A DNA stretch of 32,000 nucleotides from Candidatus Methylomirabilis oxygeniifera (GTDB lineage Bacteria > Methylomirabilota > Methylomirabilia > Methylomirabilales > Methylomirabilaceae): NCBI GenBank assembly GCA_000091165.1, contig FP565575.1, positions 1,980,001 to 2,012,000 on the forward strand, in the 5' to 3' direction. Both the position numbers and the translations under genes were made by a program. Below the pieces are notes generated by a model that saw only the letters and a program-made list of their open reading frames with translations, ran no database searches and was not told where the DNA came from. Shown piece after piece: positions 1 through 7,579 of the stretch (its first letter is position 1; the number at the start of each line of letters is the position of its first letter).

Positions 1-615
1 CGTCAGGTTCGTGAACACGGCCACGTCAAACTCGCAGCCATCAACGCGATGCAAAGCCAGGGCGTGCGATGAGACCTCCATGACCACACTATCGGCGCGC
101 AGACGCGCCATCCGTTCGAGGAGCGCTTGCAGATCGCAGGATTCCGGTGTGGTCCGCGCCGCCTCCAGCTCCAGCTCGTTACAGCGATACCCGATCGTGC
201 CGATCAGTCCGACCTGATGCCCCGCGCACCGTAGCACCGACTCGACCAGGTAGGTCGTGGTGGTCTTGCCGTTGGTCCCGGTCACTCCCACCATGGAGAG
301 ACTGCGCGAGGGATGACCGTAGAACCGACACGCAACGGCAGCAAGGCTTTGCCGGGTATTCGCCACCTTCACCACCGTCCCGCCCTGCAGCGCCGCCTCC
401 GTCAGATCGGTTCGCTCTACCAGGGCTGCAACAGCGCCTGCTGCCCAGGCGGCCTGAATAAAGTCGTGGCCATCCCGCCTGAACCCTCCGATACATACGA
501 ACAGATCGCCGGGCTTTACCTGTCTGGAATCGTACCGGATCTCATGAACCTCCAGATCGACGGACCCGCGGAGGACCTGGTGCTCGGTTCCGTTAATTAA
601 GTCGAAAAGCTGCAT
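1..615 (-). CDS. murE: UDP-N-acetylmuramoyl-L-alanyl-D-glutamate--2,6-diaminopimelate ligase, N-terminal ~205 codons (3' end beyond left edge)
   Basis: Absent from the ORF track because it has no stop in the window. Hand translation of the minus strand from ATG 615 gives MQLFDLINGTEHQVLRGSVDLEVHEIRYDSRQVKPGDLFVCIGGFRRDGHDFI...LSMVGVTGTNGKTTTTYLVE...MEVSSHALALHRVDGCEFDVAVFTNLT, with no in-frame stop down to nt 1. The DSR-x-V-x-PGDLFV, GTNGKTT P-loop and EVSSHAL motifs are Mur-ligase/MurE hallmarks. It lies directly after ftsI and overlaps the ftsI 3' end by 23 nt. Confidence 0.88.
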   Translation of the reverse strand, partial: MQLFDLINGTEHQVLRGSVDLEVHEIRYDSRQVKPGDLFVCIGGFRRDGHDFIQAAWAAGAVAALVERTDLTEAALQGGTVVKVANTRQSLAAVACRFYGHPSRSLSMVGVTGTNGKTTTTYLVESVLRCAGHQVGLIGTIGYRCNELELEAARTTPESCDLQALLERMARLRADSVVMEVSSHALALHRVDGCEFDVAVFTNLT

Positions 616-2386
616 TGCGGATCCCTTCCGCCAGCCGAAACGGCGCTCGGTCAACTGGGGTCTTCCTAAGGTGCTTCAGGGACTCACGAGCAATCTCCCG
701 GAACGTCGGCGCCGCAATCGATCCGCCCCAACGGAGTGTGGTCGGCTCATCAATGATGACGATAATAGCCAGTCGAGGCCGCTCTACCGGGACAAACCCG
801 ACAAACGACGCCACCACCTTATGTCGAGAGTAACGGCCGGTCGCTCGATCTACCTTCTGAGAGGTCCCGGTCTTGCCTGCTACTTCGAATCCCTCCACGG
901 CAGCGGCCTTTCCCGTTCCTTCCGTCACGACTCCCTTAAGAATAGTCGCAAGGGTTCTCGCGGTATCTTCCGAGATAACTCGTCTGACCTGCATCGGTGC
1001 GTTCTCGAGGACAACTTGGCCGTCCGCCGCAACGATTGATTTCGCAACGTATGGACGAATCAGGTTGCCGCCGTTCGCAATAGCGCTCATCGCCGTTAAC
1101 ATCTGCAGCGGACTGACGGAGATCTCCTGTCCGATGGAGAGCGATGCGAGCGAGAGGGCCGACCACTCCTTCGGACGTCGGATCAAACCGGGCGTCTCTC
1201 CCGGCAGATCGATCTTAGTAAGATTCCCGAACCCGAACCCGCTGATGTAATCGTAGTAGTGGCTTTTGCCTAACCGCTGGCCGACCCTAATAGCCCCCAC
1301 ATTACTGGAGTGAGCCATCACCTCGGCAAACGTGAGGGTCTCAAACCGTTCGTGATCCCGAATCGTGACCCCGCCCACCTCGATGGCGCCCCCCTCAGCG
1401 TTGAACCGGTCTTCTGGCCGCACAAGCCTTTCCTCCAGGGCACCGGCGCCCACGATGGCCTTGAATGCCGACCCCGGCTCGTAGTAATCAGCCACCGCGC
1501 GATTCCGACGGGCGAACGCCGATGCCTCGGCATACACATTAGGGTCAAACGTCGGATAGTTGGCAAGCGCCAGGATCTCGCCGCTGAAAGGATCCATCAC
1601 AATGGCGCTGCCGCTGAGCGCGACGGATTGGCTCACCGCAGCCTCCAGCTCCCGCTCAGTGATATACTGGATCACCTCATCAATCGTCAGATGCAGATCT
1701 GAACCCTGTGCTTCGCCGGCTTCCTCTCTGAAGATCGGCCGACGCTTGGCATCCTGTTGCCGCATGATCCACTTACGCTTACCGGCCAGGTAGATATCGT
1801 ACTGCAGTTCAAGTCCTTCCAGTCCCTGGTCGTCCGTCCCGACAAATCCCAGCAGGTGGGCTGCCTGTTGGGATTTCGGATAAAATCGCTTACCATGCAC
1901 ATCGGATCCGATCCCCTTCAGCATAAGGCGCTCCACTGCCTCCGCCTCCTCAGCAGAGGCTGATCGCTTGAGGTAGACAAACGACTTTCCTGCTCGCAAT
2001 CGCTCAAGGATCTTTTCGGCAGGCAGGCCAAGTGCGGCCGAAAGGGCTGCGGAGGCGCGCTCCGGATTCTCTACTTTGGAGGGTCGAGCAAAGATCGAAG
2101 AGGTCGCGAGGCTGATAGCCAGCTCCCGACCGTTGCGATCGTAAATCGTTCCGCGTCTGGACACCGATGGGACACGCTTCGAGACCTGTCCATCGGCAAC
2201 CTTCACCAGCTCCGAGTATCGAAATACCTGGAGAGAAAAGAGTTGGCCGGAAATAATCGTGAGGGCTGCCGCGAGTGAGCAGAACAGTATGATGATGCGA
2301 CGTCGTAACAGACCGCGCTTCATCGGCGCGGGCGTGGCCTCTCCTTTGTCGGATGATTTTCCGGGAGCACGACGTTGCATCCGCAT
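593..2386 (-). CDS. ftsI: Peptidoglycan D,D-transpeptidase FtsI (class B PBP)
   Basis: 597-aa ORF with an ATG start. It has an N-terminal TM helix (IIILFCSLAAALTIISGQLF) and the transpeptidase motifs SxxK (GSAFK), SxN (HSSNVG) and KTG (AGKTGTS). It occupies the dcw position between ftsL and murE. Confidence 0.9.
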   Translation of the reverse strand: MRMQRRAPGKSSDKGEATPAPMKRGLLRRRIIILFCSLAAALTIISGQLFSLQVFRYSELVKVADGQVSKRVPSVSRRGTIYDRNGRELAISLATSSIFARPSKVENPERASAALSAALGLPAEKILERLRAGKSFVYLKRSASAEEAEAVERLMLKGIGSDVHGKRFYPKSQQAAHLLGFVGTDDQGLEGLELQYDIYLAGKRKWIMRQQDAKRRPIFREEAGEAQGSDLHLTIDEVIQYITERELEAAVSQSVALSGSAIVMDPFSGEILALANYPTFDPNVYAEASAFARRNRAVADYYEPGSAFKAIVGAGALEERLVRPEDRFNAEGGAIEVGGVTIRDHERFETLTFAEVMAHSSNVGAIRVGQRLGKSHYYDYISGFGFGNLTKIDLPGETPGLIRRPKEWSALSLASLSIGQEISVSPLQMLTAMSAIANGGNLIRPYVAKSIVAADGQVVLENAPMQVRRVISEDTARTLATILKGVVTEGTGKAAAVEGFEVAGKTGTSQKVDRATGRYSRHKVVASFVGFVPVERPRLAIIVIIDEPTTLRWGGSIAAPTFREIARESLKHLRKTPVDRAPFRLAEGIRNAAFRLN

Positions 2387-2402
2387 ACCGTTCTTCCGAA
2401 GA

Positions 2403-2753
2403 TTACTCGAGTACGATCACTTGACCTGACTTCGGGCTGGTGAGCCCAAGCTGGCCGCGGGCAATCTCTTCCACACGGCGGAGCGACATGAGCCGGGCCA
2501 CATCGAGGCGCAGCTCTTTCTGTTGCTGAATGAGGGCGGTGCGCTCCCCCGCGAGGTATTCTACCTCGTACCCCAATCGAACGACCTGAACGTGCTGCCA
2601 GACGTAAAACAGGACTACAACCAGGACGGCGCCTCCCAGCACCAACGACTGGAGCAGATCGAACCCTCGAATCTGATCGAACCGCGGCCTCAGCAGGCTG
2701 CTTGCCCGGTCTCGTCCGACTGATGTCCACGCGGCAATACTTTGACCTCTCAT
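2403..2753 (-). CDS. ftsL: Cell division protein FtsL (small bitopic coiled-coil protein)
   Basis: The track ORF 2403..2843 overlaps rsmH. The internal ATG at 2753 is preceded by GGAGGG (2760-2765) and lies just after the rsmH stop (2767). The protein has a TM segment (LVLGGAVLVVVLFYVW) followed by a heptad-rich segment, and sits between rsmH and ftsI. Confidence 0.75.
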   Translation of the reverse strand: MRGQSIAAWTSVGRDRASSLLRPRFDQIRGFDLLQSLVLGGAVLVVVLFYVWQHVQVVRLGYEVEYLAGERTALIQQQKELRLDVARLMSLRRVEEIARGQLGLTSPKSGQVIVLE

Positions 2754-2766
2754 CCCATTCCCTCCT

Positions 2767-3684
2767 CTAGCACCGTTCTGCAGCCCGAAGCTTGGCGCTA
2801 CGGGCACGCGGATTGATCTCACTCTCCCGTTCCGTTGGGACAACCGGCCGTTTGGTCAGAAGACGAACACGCGGCGGCTCCGAACGCGCCCATCCCCGAA
2901 ACACCTCCTTGACAATCCGATCCTCCAGGGAGTGAAAACTGATAACGCAGATCCTGCCTCCAACGGCAAGCAGTTCAACGGCATTCTGCAGACCGCGACG
3001 CAGTCTGGCCAGCTCATCGTTCACGGCAATGCGTAACGCTTGGAAGGTTCGTGTCGCGACATGGATTCGCCGAGGCCAGGCGCGCCGTGGCACTGCCGCA
3101 GCCACCAGACGTGCAAGCTGAGCGGTGGAGGTGAGCGGCTGCGTCCGACGCGCTTCTACGATCCGCGCCGCGATCCGCTTCGCCCAACGCTCCTCGCCGT
3201 AGTCTTGCAACAGCCTCGCAAGTTCTCGCTCCGGAATCCGAGCGAGCAGTTCTGCTGCCGACTTGTCACATCCCTGACGATCCATCCGCATGTCCAGCAG
3301 CCCATCCCTCATAAAGCTGAATCCCCTGGAGGCGTTGTCCATTTGAAATGATGAAAAACCGAGATCAAACAGGATACCGTCGAAAGGCCTCCATTCGTTC
3401 TCGGCGGCGATAGCGCCCAAACTGGCGAAATCACCATAGCGCAACTCAACCCGACTCCCGAACTGCCCAAGACGGCCCTTGGCTAAGGCCAGAGCCTCGA
3501 CATCACGATCGATCCCGCACAGACAACCCGTCGGTGCGCTCTCGATCAGGAGGGTTTCCGCATGCCCTCCCAATCCTACGGTCGCATCGAGGTAGCAACC
3601 GCCCGGCCGCGGTTGTAGGAAGGCTACCGTCTCCTCCAACAGGACCGGGAGATGCCGACCCTCGACGGTCACGTCTCCTTCCAA
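2767..3684 (-). CDS. rsmH: 16S rRNA (cytosine1402-N4)-methyltransferase RsmH/MraW
   Basis: 305-aa ORF containing HLPVLLEE..DATVGLGGHAE and FDLGFSSFQMD, which match the RsmH signatures. The start is uncertain: TTG at 3684 or GTG at 3672. Confidence 0.9.
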   Translation of the reverse strand: MEGDVTVEGRHLPVLLEETVAFLQPRPGGCYLDATVGLGGHAETLLIESAPTGCLCGIDRDVEALALAKGRLGQFGSRVELRYGDFASLGAIAAENEWRPFDGILFDLGFSSFQMDNASRGFSFMRDGLLDMRMDRQGCDKSAAELLARIPERELARLLQDYGEERWAKRIAARIVEARRTQPLTSTAQLARLVAAAVPRRAWPRRIHVATRTFQALRIAVNDELARLRRGLQNAVELLAVGGRICVISFHSLEDRIVKEVFRGWARSEPPRVRLLTKRPVVPTERESEINPRARSAKLRAAERC

Positions 3685-3704
3685 GGCGCCCCCACATCTC
3701 GCAC

Positions 3705-4154
3705 CTACACACGGATCCCGAGTTCCGCCAGCTTACCCGCGTAATCCTCAGGGTCCCGCTCCTGGGCGCAAAAGGATGTCCAACGTTCTCTGTTCCAGAT
3801 TTCGATCTTGTCCAACACCCCAACGATCACGACATCCCGTCGCAGATCTGCCTTTTCCCGAAGTTGCGGGGGGATCAGGATTCGCCCCTGACTGTCAACC
3901 GTCGACTCGACCGCATGAGCCGAGATGAGGCGAGCGTACTCCCGAAACTTCCTGTCCGAGTTTCCGTGACTCAGGAGATTCTGCTCAATCTGCTGCCAAG
4001 CTTTGATCGGGTAGGCTACGATGCAGGCGTCAAACAGGGGATCGACGAGGATAAGCTCACGCTCTCGCCGCCGTTTAAGAATCTCGCGGTATCTGGCCGG
4101 GATGCTGAGCCGTCCCTTGTCGTCAATGGCGTGTTCGAAGCTTCCGCGGAACAT
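3705..4154 (-). CDS. mraZ: Transcriptional regulator MraZ
   Basis: 149 aa with two SpoVT/AbrB-like repeats carrying DxxxR motifs (DDKGRLSIPARYRE and DSQGRILIPPQLRE). It is the first gene of the dcw cluster. Confidence 0.92.
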   Translation of the reverse strand: MFRGSFEHAIDDKGRLSIPARYREILKRRRERELILVDPLFDACIVAYPIKAWQQIEQNLLSHGNSDRKFREYARLISAHAVESTVDSQGRILIPPQLREKADLRRDVVIVGVLDKIEIWNRERWTSFCAQERDPEDYAGKLAELGIRV

Positions 4155-4194
4155 GGGATCACACCGCTTTTCGATGGTAGTTTATACCATTTCA

Positions 4195-4232
4195 TCCCAC
4201 CTCATCCCACTGTGTCGCAACGATATTCCCAC
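4195..4232 (-). promoter_or_regulatory. Putative MraZ operator: three GTGGGA boxes
   Basis: The minus strand carries GTGGGATGAG-GTGGGATGAA as a direct 10-bp repeat (plus TCCCAC at 4195-4200 and 4205-4210). A third GTGGGAA box (4227-4232) lies inside the -35/-10 spacer. This resembles the TGGGN direct repeats bound by E. coli MraZ. Confidence 0.5.
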
Positions 4233-4248
4233 CCGTTTGCGTTGTCAA
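4220..4248 (-). promoter_or_regulatory. Putative sigma70-type dcw promoter (Pmra)
   Basis: The minus strand reads TTGACA (plus 4243-4248), a 17-nt spacer, then TATCGT (plus 4220-4225). It lies about 65 nt upstream of the mraZ ATG. Confidence 0.55.
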
Positions 4249-4343
4249 GAAAAATATGATGGGAAATCGGCGATCGGCTATTCGCTGTCAGTCTTCAGCA
4301 ACAACGATCCGCTGATGGCTCACAGTCGGCATTCGAACGACGT

Positions 4344-4371
4344 CGCGCTGAGTGCTGATAGCTGACGGCTG
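4344..4371. repeat. Heptad-periodic repeat (NNNGCTG)x4
   Basis: The units are cgcgctg agtgctg atagctg acggctg, between the panC stop and the dcw promoter. Confidence 0.6.
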
Positions 4372-4383
4372 GCAGGACGAATT

Positions 4384-5232
4384 TCAGGCAGGTGTGATGA
4401 TACAGTTATCAATGAGGCGCGTCTCGCCGAATCGCACGGCGAGGGCCAACAATACGGGGCCATCAACGCGATCGAGCGGCTGCAGCGTGTCCGGGTGACA
4501 GAGAGTCACATAATCGATCCGCGCCAACGGTTCACCTTCGATCATTGCTCGTACCGCATCAACGATGGTCTTGGCGCTGCGCTCCCCGATCTTCACCCGC
4601 TCTTCCGCACGGCTGAGCGACGCATAGAGGACAGCGGCCGCCCGTCGCTGCGGCGTCGTCAACCGAACGTTTCGAGAGCTCATCGCGAGGCCGTCGGCCT
4701 CACGCGCGGTTGGCAGCACCACGACATCAAGGCCAAAGTGAAGATCCGCTACCAAGCGCCGAACTACCACCGATTGCTGATAGTCCTTCTGTCCGAAGTA
4801 GGCCCGGTGCGGCCTGATAAGATTGAACAGTTTCGCGACCAGTGTGGTGACACCGTGAAAGTGGCCCGGACGCGATGCGCCGCACAACCCTTCGGTGAGC
4901 TCGGTGACGTCAACGTATGTCTGAAAGCCCTTCGGGTAGATCGCCTCTGCGGACGGCGTAAACGCCAGATCGACCCCTGCCCTCTCCGCCTGGGCCAGAT
5001 CCCCTGGCAGATCCCGTGGGTAGCTGTCGAAATCCTCTCCCCGTCCGAATTGAATCGGATTCACAAAGATACTCACCACGACGATATCGTTGTTCTTGCA
5101 CGCGCTCCGCATAAGCGAGACGTGTCCCTCGTGAAAGGCACCCATTGTCGGCACAAGTCCGATGGTCTTCCCTTCGCGCCGAAGCGACTCACAGCAGCGT
5201 TGGATTGCGGACGGTTCATCAATGACTTGCAC
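4384..5232 (-). CDS. panC: Pantoate--beta-alanine ligase
   Basis: 282 aa with a GTG start. The motif LVPTMGAFHEGHVSLM is the PanC HxGH nucleotidyltransferase signature. The gene is adjacent to panB. Confidence 0.92.
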   Translation of the reverse strand: MQVIDEPSAIQRCCESLRREGKTIGLVPTMGAFHEGHVSLMRSACKNNDIVVVSIFVNPIQFGRGEDFDSYPRDLPGDLAQAERAGVDLAFTPSAEAIYPKGFQTYVDVTELTEGLCGASRPGHFHGVTTLVAKLFNLIRPHRAYFGQKDYQQSVVVRRLVADLHFGLDVVVLPTAREADGLAMSSRNVRLTTPQRRAAAVLYASLSRAEERVKIGERSAKTIVDAVRAMIEGEPLARIDYVTLCHPDTLQPLDRVDGPVLLALAVRFGETRLIDNCIITPA

Positions 5233-5312
5233 GACAGTCTTTACCCTTTTGATCTCTCAGAACTCCAAATCCACCCCGACCCCACTGTGATGAATGGAAG
5301 CGAGGGGGGATT

Positions 5313-6155
5313 TTACAGCTCCAGCAGGGCGTTCTCGGTCTCCTGGTCGATCGGATATGTATGTTCGGCCTCAGGGAATCGGCAATCGATCACGTCCTGC
5401 CGAAATTGGCCCACAGCATCGCCGATGATCCCGGCGAGATTCGCGTACTGCTTCGTGAACCTTGGGACAAAACGATCGAACAGCCCGAGCAGGTCGTGGA
5501 GGACCAGCACCTGACCGTCACAATGAGGCCCGGCGCCGATCCCGATGGTAGGCACCGTCAACCTGTCGGTAATAACCCTGGCGAGCGCACCGGGAATCGC
5601 CTCAAGTACGATCGCGAAGACCCCCGCCTGCTCAAGCGCCAGAGCATCCTCAAGGATGCGGCGGGCGTCGTCGAGCCCTTTCCCCTGAACCTTCAACCCT
5701 TCCTGCAAGACCGCCGTTTGTGGGGTCAGCCCAACATGTCCCATGACCGGAATCCCCGCCTCCACAATCGCCCTCACACATGGGAGCGAAGGCCAACCTC
5801 GCTCGACCTTGACAGCGTGAGCCAGGCCCTCTTTTATGAACCGCCCGGCGTTTCTGATTGCATCGGCCGGTTCGGCCTCATACGACATGAACGGCATGTC
5901 GGCAATTATCATGGCTCGTTTGACAGCGCGGGTCACTGCCTTGGTCATCATGAGCATCTCGTCCATGGTGACAGGGATCGTCGTCTCATATCCCAGGACC
6001 GTCATCCCGCCGGAGTCACCCACCAGGATCAGATCGATCCCGGCACGATCAACCAGCAACGCCATCGGATAATCATACGCCGTCAGCATGGTGATCTTCC
6101 GCCCTTCGCGCTTCATCTGCTGCAGCGTGACCGTCCTGACCGTCTGACTGGTCAT
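5313..6155 (-). CDS. panB: 3-methyl-2-oxobutanoate hydroxymethyltransferase
   Basis: 280 aa with an ATG start. The sequence MLTAYDYPMALLVDRAGIDLILVGDSGGM is typical of PanB. Confidence 0.92.
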   Translation of the reverse strand: MTSQTVRTVTLQQMKREGRKITMLTAYDYPMALLVDRAGIDLILVGDSGGMTVLGYETTIPVTMDEMLMMTKAVTRAVKRAMIIADMPFMSYEAEPADAIRNAGRFIKEGLAHAVKVERGWPSLPCVRAIVEAGIPVMGHVGLTPQTAVLQEGLKVQGKGLDDARRILEDALALEQAGVFAIVLEAIPGALARVITDRLTVPTIGIGAGPHCDGQVLVLHDLLGLFDRFVPRFTKQYANLAGIIGDAVGQFRQDVIDCRFPEAEHTYPIDQETENALLEL

Positions 6156-6162
6156 GATCGAT

Positions 6163-6326
6163 CGTAACTACTCAGGTAGATAGGCTGGAGGCTGAAGGCT
6201 TTTAGGGGTAAGTCATGCGTGATCATACAAAACTCCGAAAAGGTCTTGAATGGCTTGATTCGTGCCTTGCGAGATAATTTAGAACCTTCAGTCTTCAGTC
6301 TACAGCCTAAACGCCTTGTAGTTACG
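6163..6326 (+). mobile_element. MITE-like non-autonomous element, copy A (imperfect ~40-bp terminal inverted repeats, CGTAACTAC termini)
   Basis: The left end is CGTAACTACTCAGGTAGATAGGCTGGAGGCTGAAGGC. The reverse complement of the right end is CGTAACTACAAGGCGTTTAGGCTGTAGACTGAAGACTGAAGG. The core is homologous to the reverse complement of the core at 30291-30486. The element fills the whole panB/kinase spacer. Confidence 0.6.
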
Positions 6327-6334
6327 ATCGGTCC

Positions 6335-6991
6335 TTACGTGCGGGATCCGAGCGGCACATAGTATTGGGTGCCTGGCCGAACCGTCTCGATCTGTTTAAC
6401 CAGATCTTCAAAATCCTCCTTGTGCCTGACAAAGTCGATCTCGTTGGTATTGACAACTAGCAGCGGCGTCGCTGAATAGTGAAAGAAAAAATGGTTGTAG
6501 GCGGCGTTGACGTCCTCCAGGTAGGACTGCTCCAGCTCACGCTCGGACGCCCGCGCCCGTGACTGAATCCGTCGAATCAGGACATCGGTGCCGGCCTGCA
6601 GATACAGGACGAGGTCGGGTTTGACGACGCGCGTCTCCAGAAGCGGCTGCAACCGCTCGTAAAGGGCCAGCTCGTTGTCGTCGAGCGTCAGGTACGCAAA
6701 GATCTTGTCTTTGACGAATAGATAGTCGCTCACCAGCGACTGCTTAAAAAGATCGAACTGGGCCAGTTCCTGCTGTTGGCGGAATCGGTTCAACAGGAAA
6801 TAGAGCTGGGTCTGAAAGGCATACCGACGCATGTCGGTGTAGAATTGCGTAATAAATGGATTCTCGTCGGGACCCTCCAACAACTTACCGGCTTGAAGCC
6901 GTTCCGCCAGCAATTCGGCGAGGCTCGTCTTGCCGACACCGATCGGCCCTTCGACCACGATGTAACGAGGTTTGAGTGCGCGACCAGTCAT
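6335..6991 (-). CDS. Deoxynucleoside kinase family protein
   Basis: 218 aa with the P-loop EGPIGVGKTSLAELLA. The overall dNK/dCK-dGK-like layout is present (ENPF...FY, LVSDY, R-rich lid IRRIQSRAR). The ATG abuts the folK stop (TAGATG). Confidence 0.8.
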   Translation of the reverse strand: MTGRALKPRYIVVEGPIGVGKTSLAELLAERLQAGKLLEGPDENPFITQFYTDMRRYAFQTQLYFLLNRFRQQQELAQFDLFKQSLVSDYLFVKDKIFAYLTLDDNELALYERLQPLLETRVVKPDLVLYLQAGTDVLIRRIQSRARASERELEQSYLEDVNAAYNHFFFHYSATPLLVVNTNEIDFVRHKEDFEDLVKQIETVRPGTQYYVPLGSRT

Positions 6992-7522
6992 CTATGCATC
7001 CTCGCCAGACCACGCACACCAGGCTGCCGGAGCCAACAGCCGGACGCGCGACGAATCGTCGACACGATCGAGCAACTGCTGCATGGTGACGCCAAAGACA
7101 GGATGGCGGAGAGCCGGATCAAGTTCGCAGAGTGGTGTCAGGACAAAACGCCGCTGATGCAGCCGCGGGTGGGGGAGGATCAAATTCGGTTGCTCCACAA
7201 CCTGTGAACCCATGAGCAGCAGGTCGAGATCGATACTCCGATCCACGCCTTGCGCTCGCTCTGCCGCGCGACCCATGCTCCGTTCAATCCGTTGTAGTTC
7301 GAGGAGCAATGCGCCCGGCGTTAGCTCAGCCTGCACCAAGACGACTCCGTTAACAAACCAGCCGCCGGTGGCGGGAGGAACTGGCGCGGTCTCATAGAGC
7401 GATGAGGCGCGTCTCACTGCGACCCCCGCGATCTCCGATATAGCCCTAATAGCTGTCTGACAGCGTTCGATTCGGTCGCCCAGATTAGATCCGATCCCGA
7501 TATACGCGCAATCGCTCATCAT
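6992..7522 (-). CDS. folK: 2-amino-4-hydroxy-6-hydroxymethyldihydropteridine diphosphokinase
   Basis: 176 aa. AYIGIGSNLGDR at the N-terminus and IDLDLL...LILPHPRLHQRRFVLTPL are classic HPPK motifs. Confidence 0.9.
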   Translation of the reverse strand: MMSDCAYIGIGSNLGDRIERCQTAIRAISEIAGVAVRRASSLYETAPVPPATGGWFVNGVVLVQAELTPGALLLELQRIERSMGRAAERAQGVDRSIDLDLLLMGSQVVEQPNLILPHPRLHQRRFVLTPLCELDPALRHPVFGVTMQQLLDRVDDSSRVRLLAPAAWCAWSGEDA

Positions 7523-7579
7523 CGAGGGTATGGGGCACAGGGCTTAGGGTAGAACAAGACACGGGCCCGCCGGCTAAAG

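Noticed and set aside
147-600. Track ORFs 11-217, 147-461, 179-496 and 313-600 at the left edge
   Set aside because: The region is fully explained by the unlisted minus-strand murE 5' part, which has clear Mur-ligase motifs. The listed ORFs are Arg/Pro/Ser-rich off-frame artefacts.
2320-2843. Track ORF 2320-2730 (136 aa) and the 5' extension of ftsL to 2843
   Set aside because: The 136-aa ORF is an off-frame Arg/Pro-rich artefact overlapping ftsL and ftsI. The ftsL extension overlaps rsmH, while ATG 2753 has its own RBS.
6215-6277. 20-codon ORF MRDHTKLRKGLEWLDSCLAR inside MITE copy A, with a 28-codon ORF MRDHTKCDATMMETKKVLGALIRSMRND at 30330-30416 (minus) in copy B
   Set aside because: Both start MRDHTK, which is tempting. 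However, downstream nucleotide homology between the copies falls in different reading frames (GGT CTT against G GTT CTG). Conservation is therefore at the DNA/RNA level, not the peptide level, and no RBS is evident.
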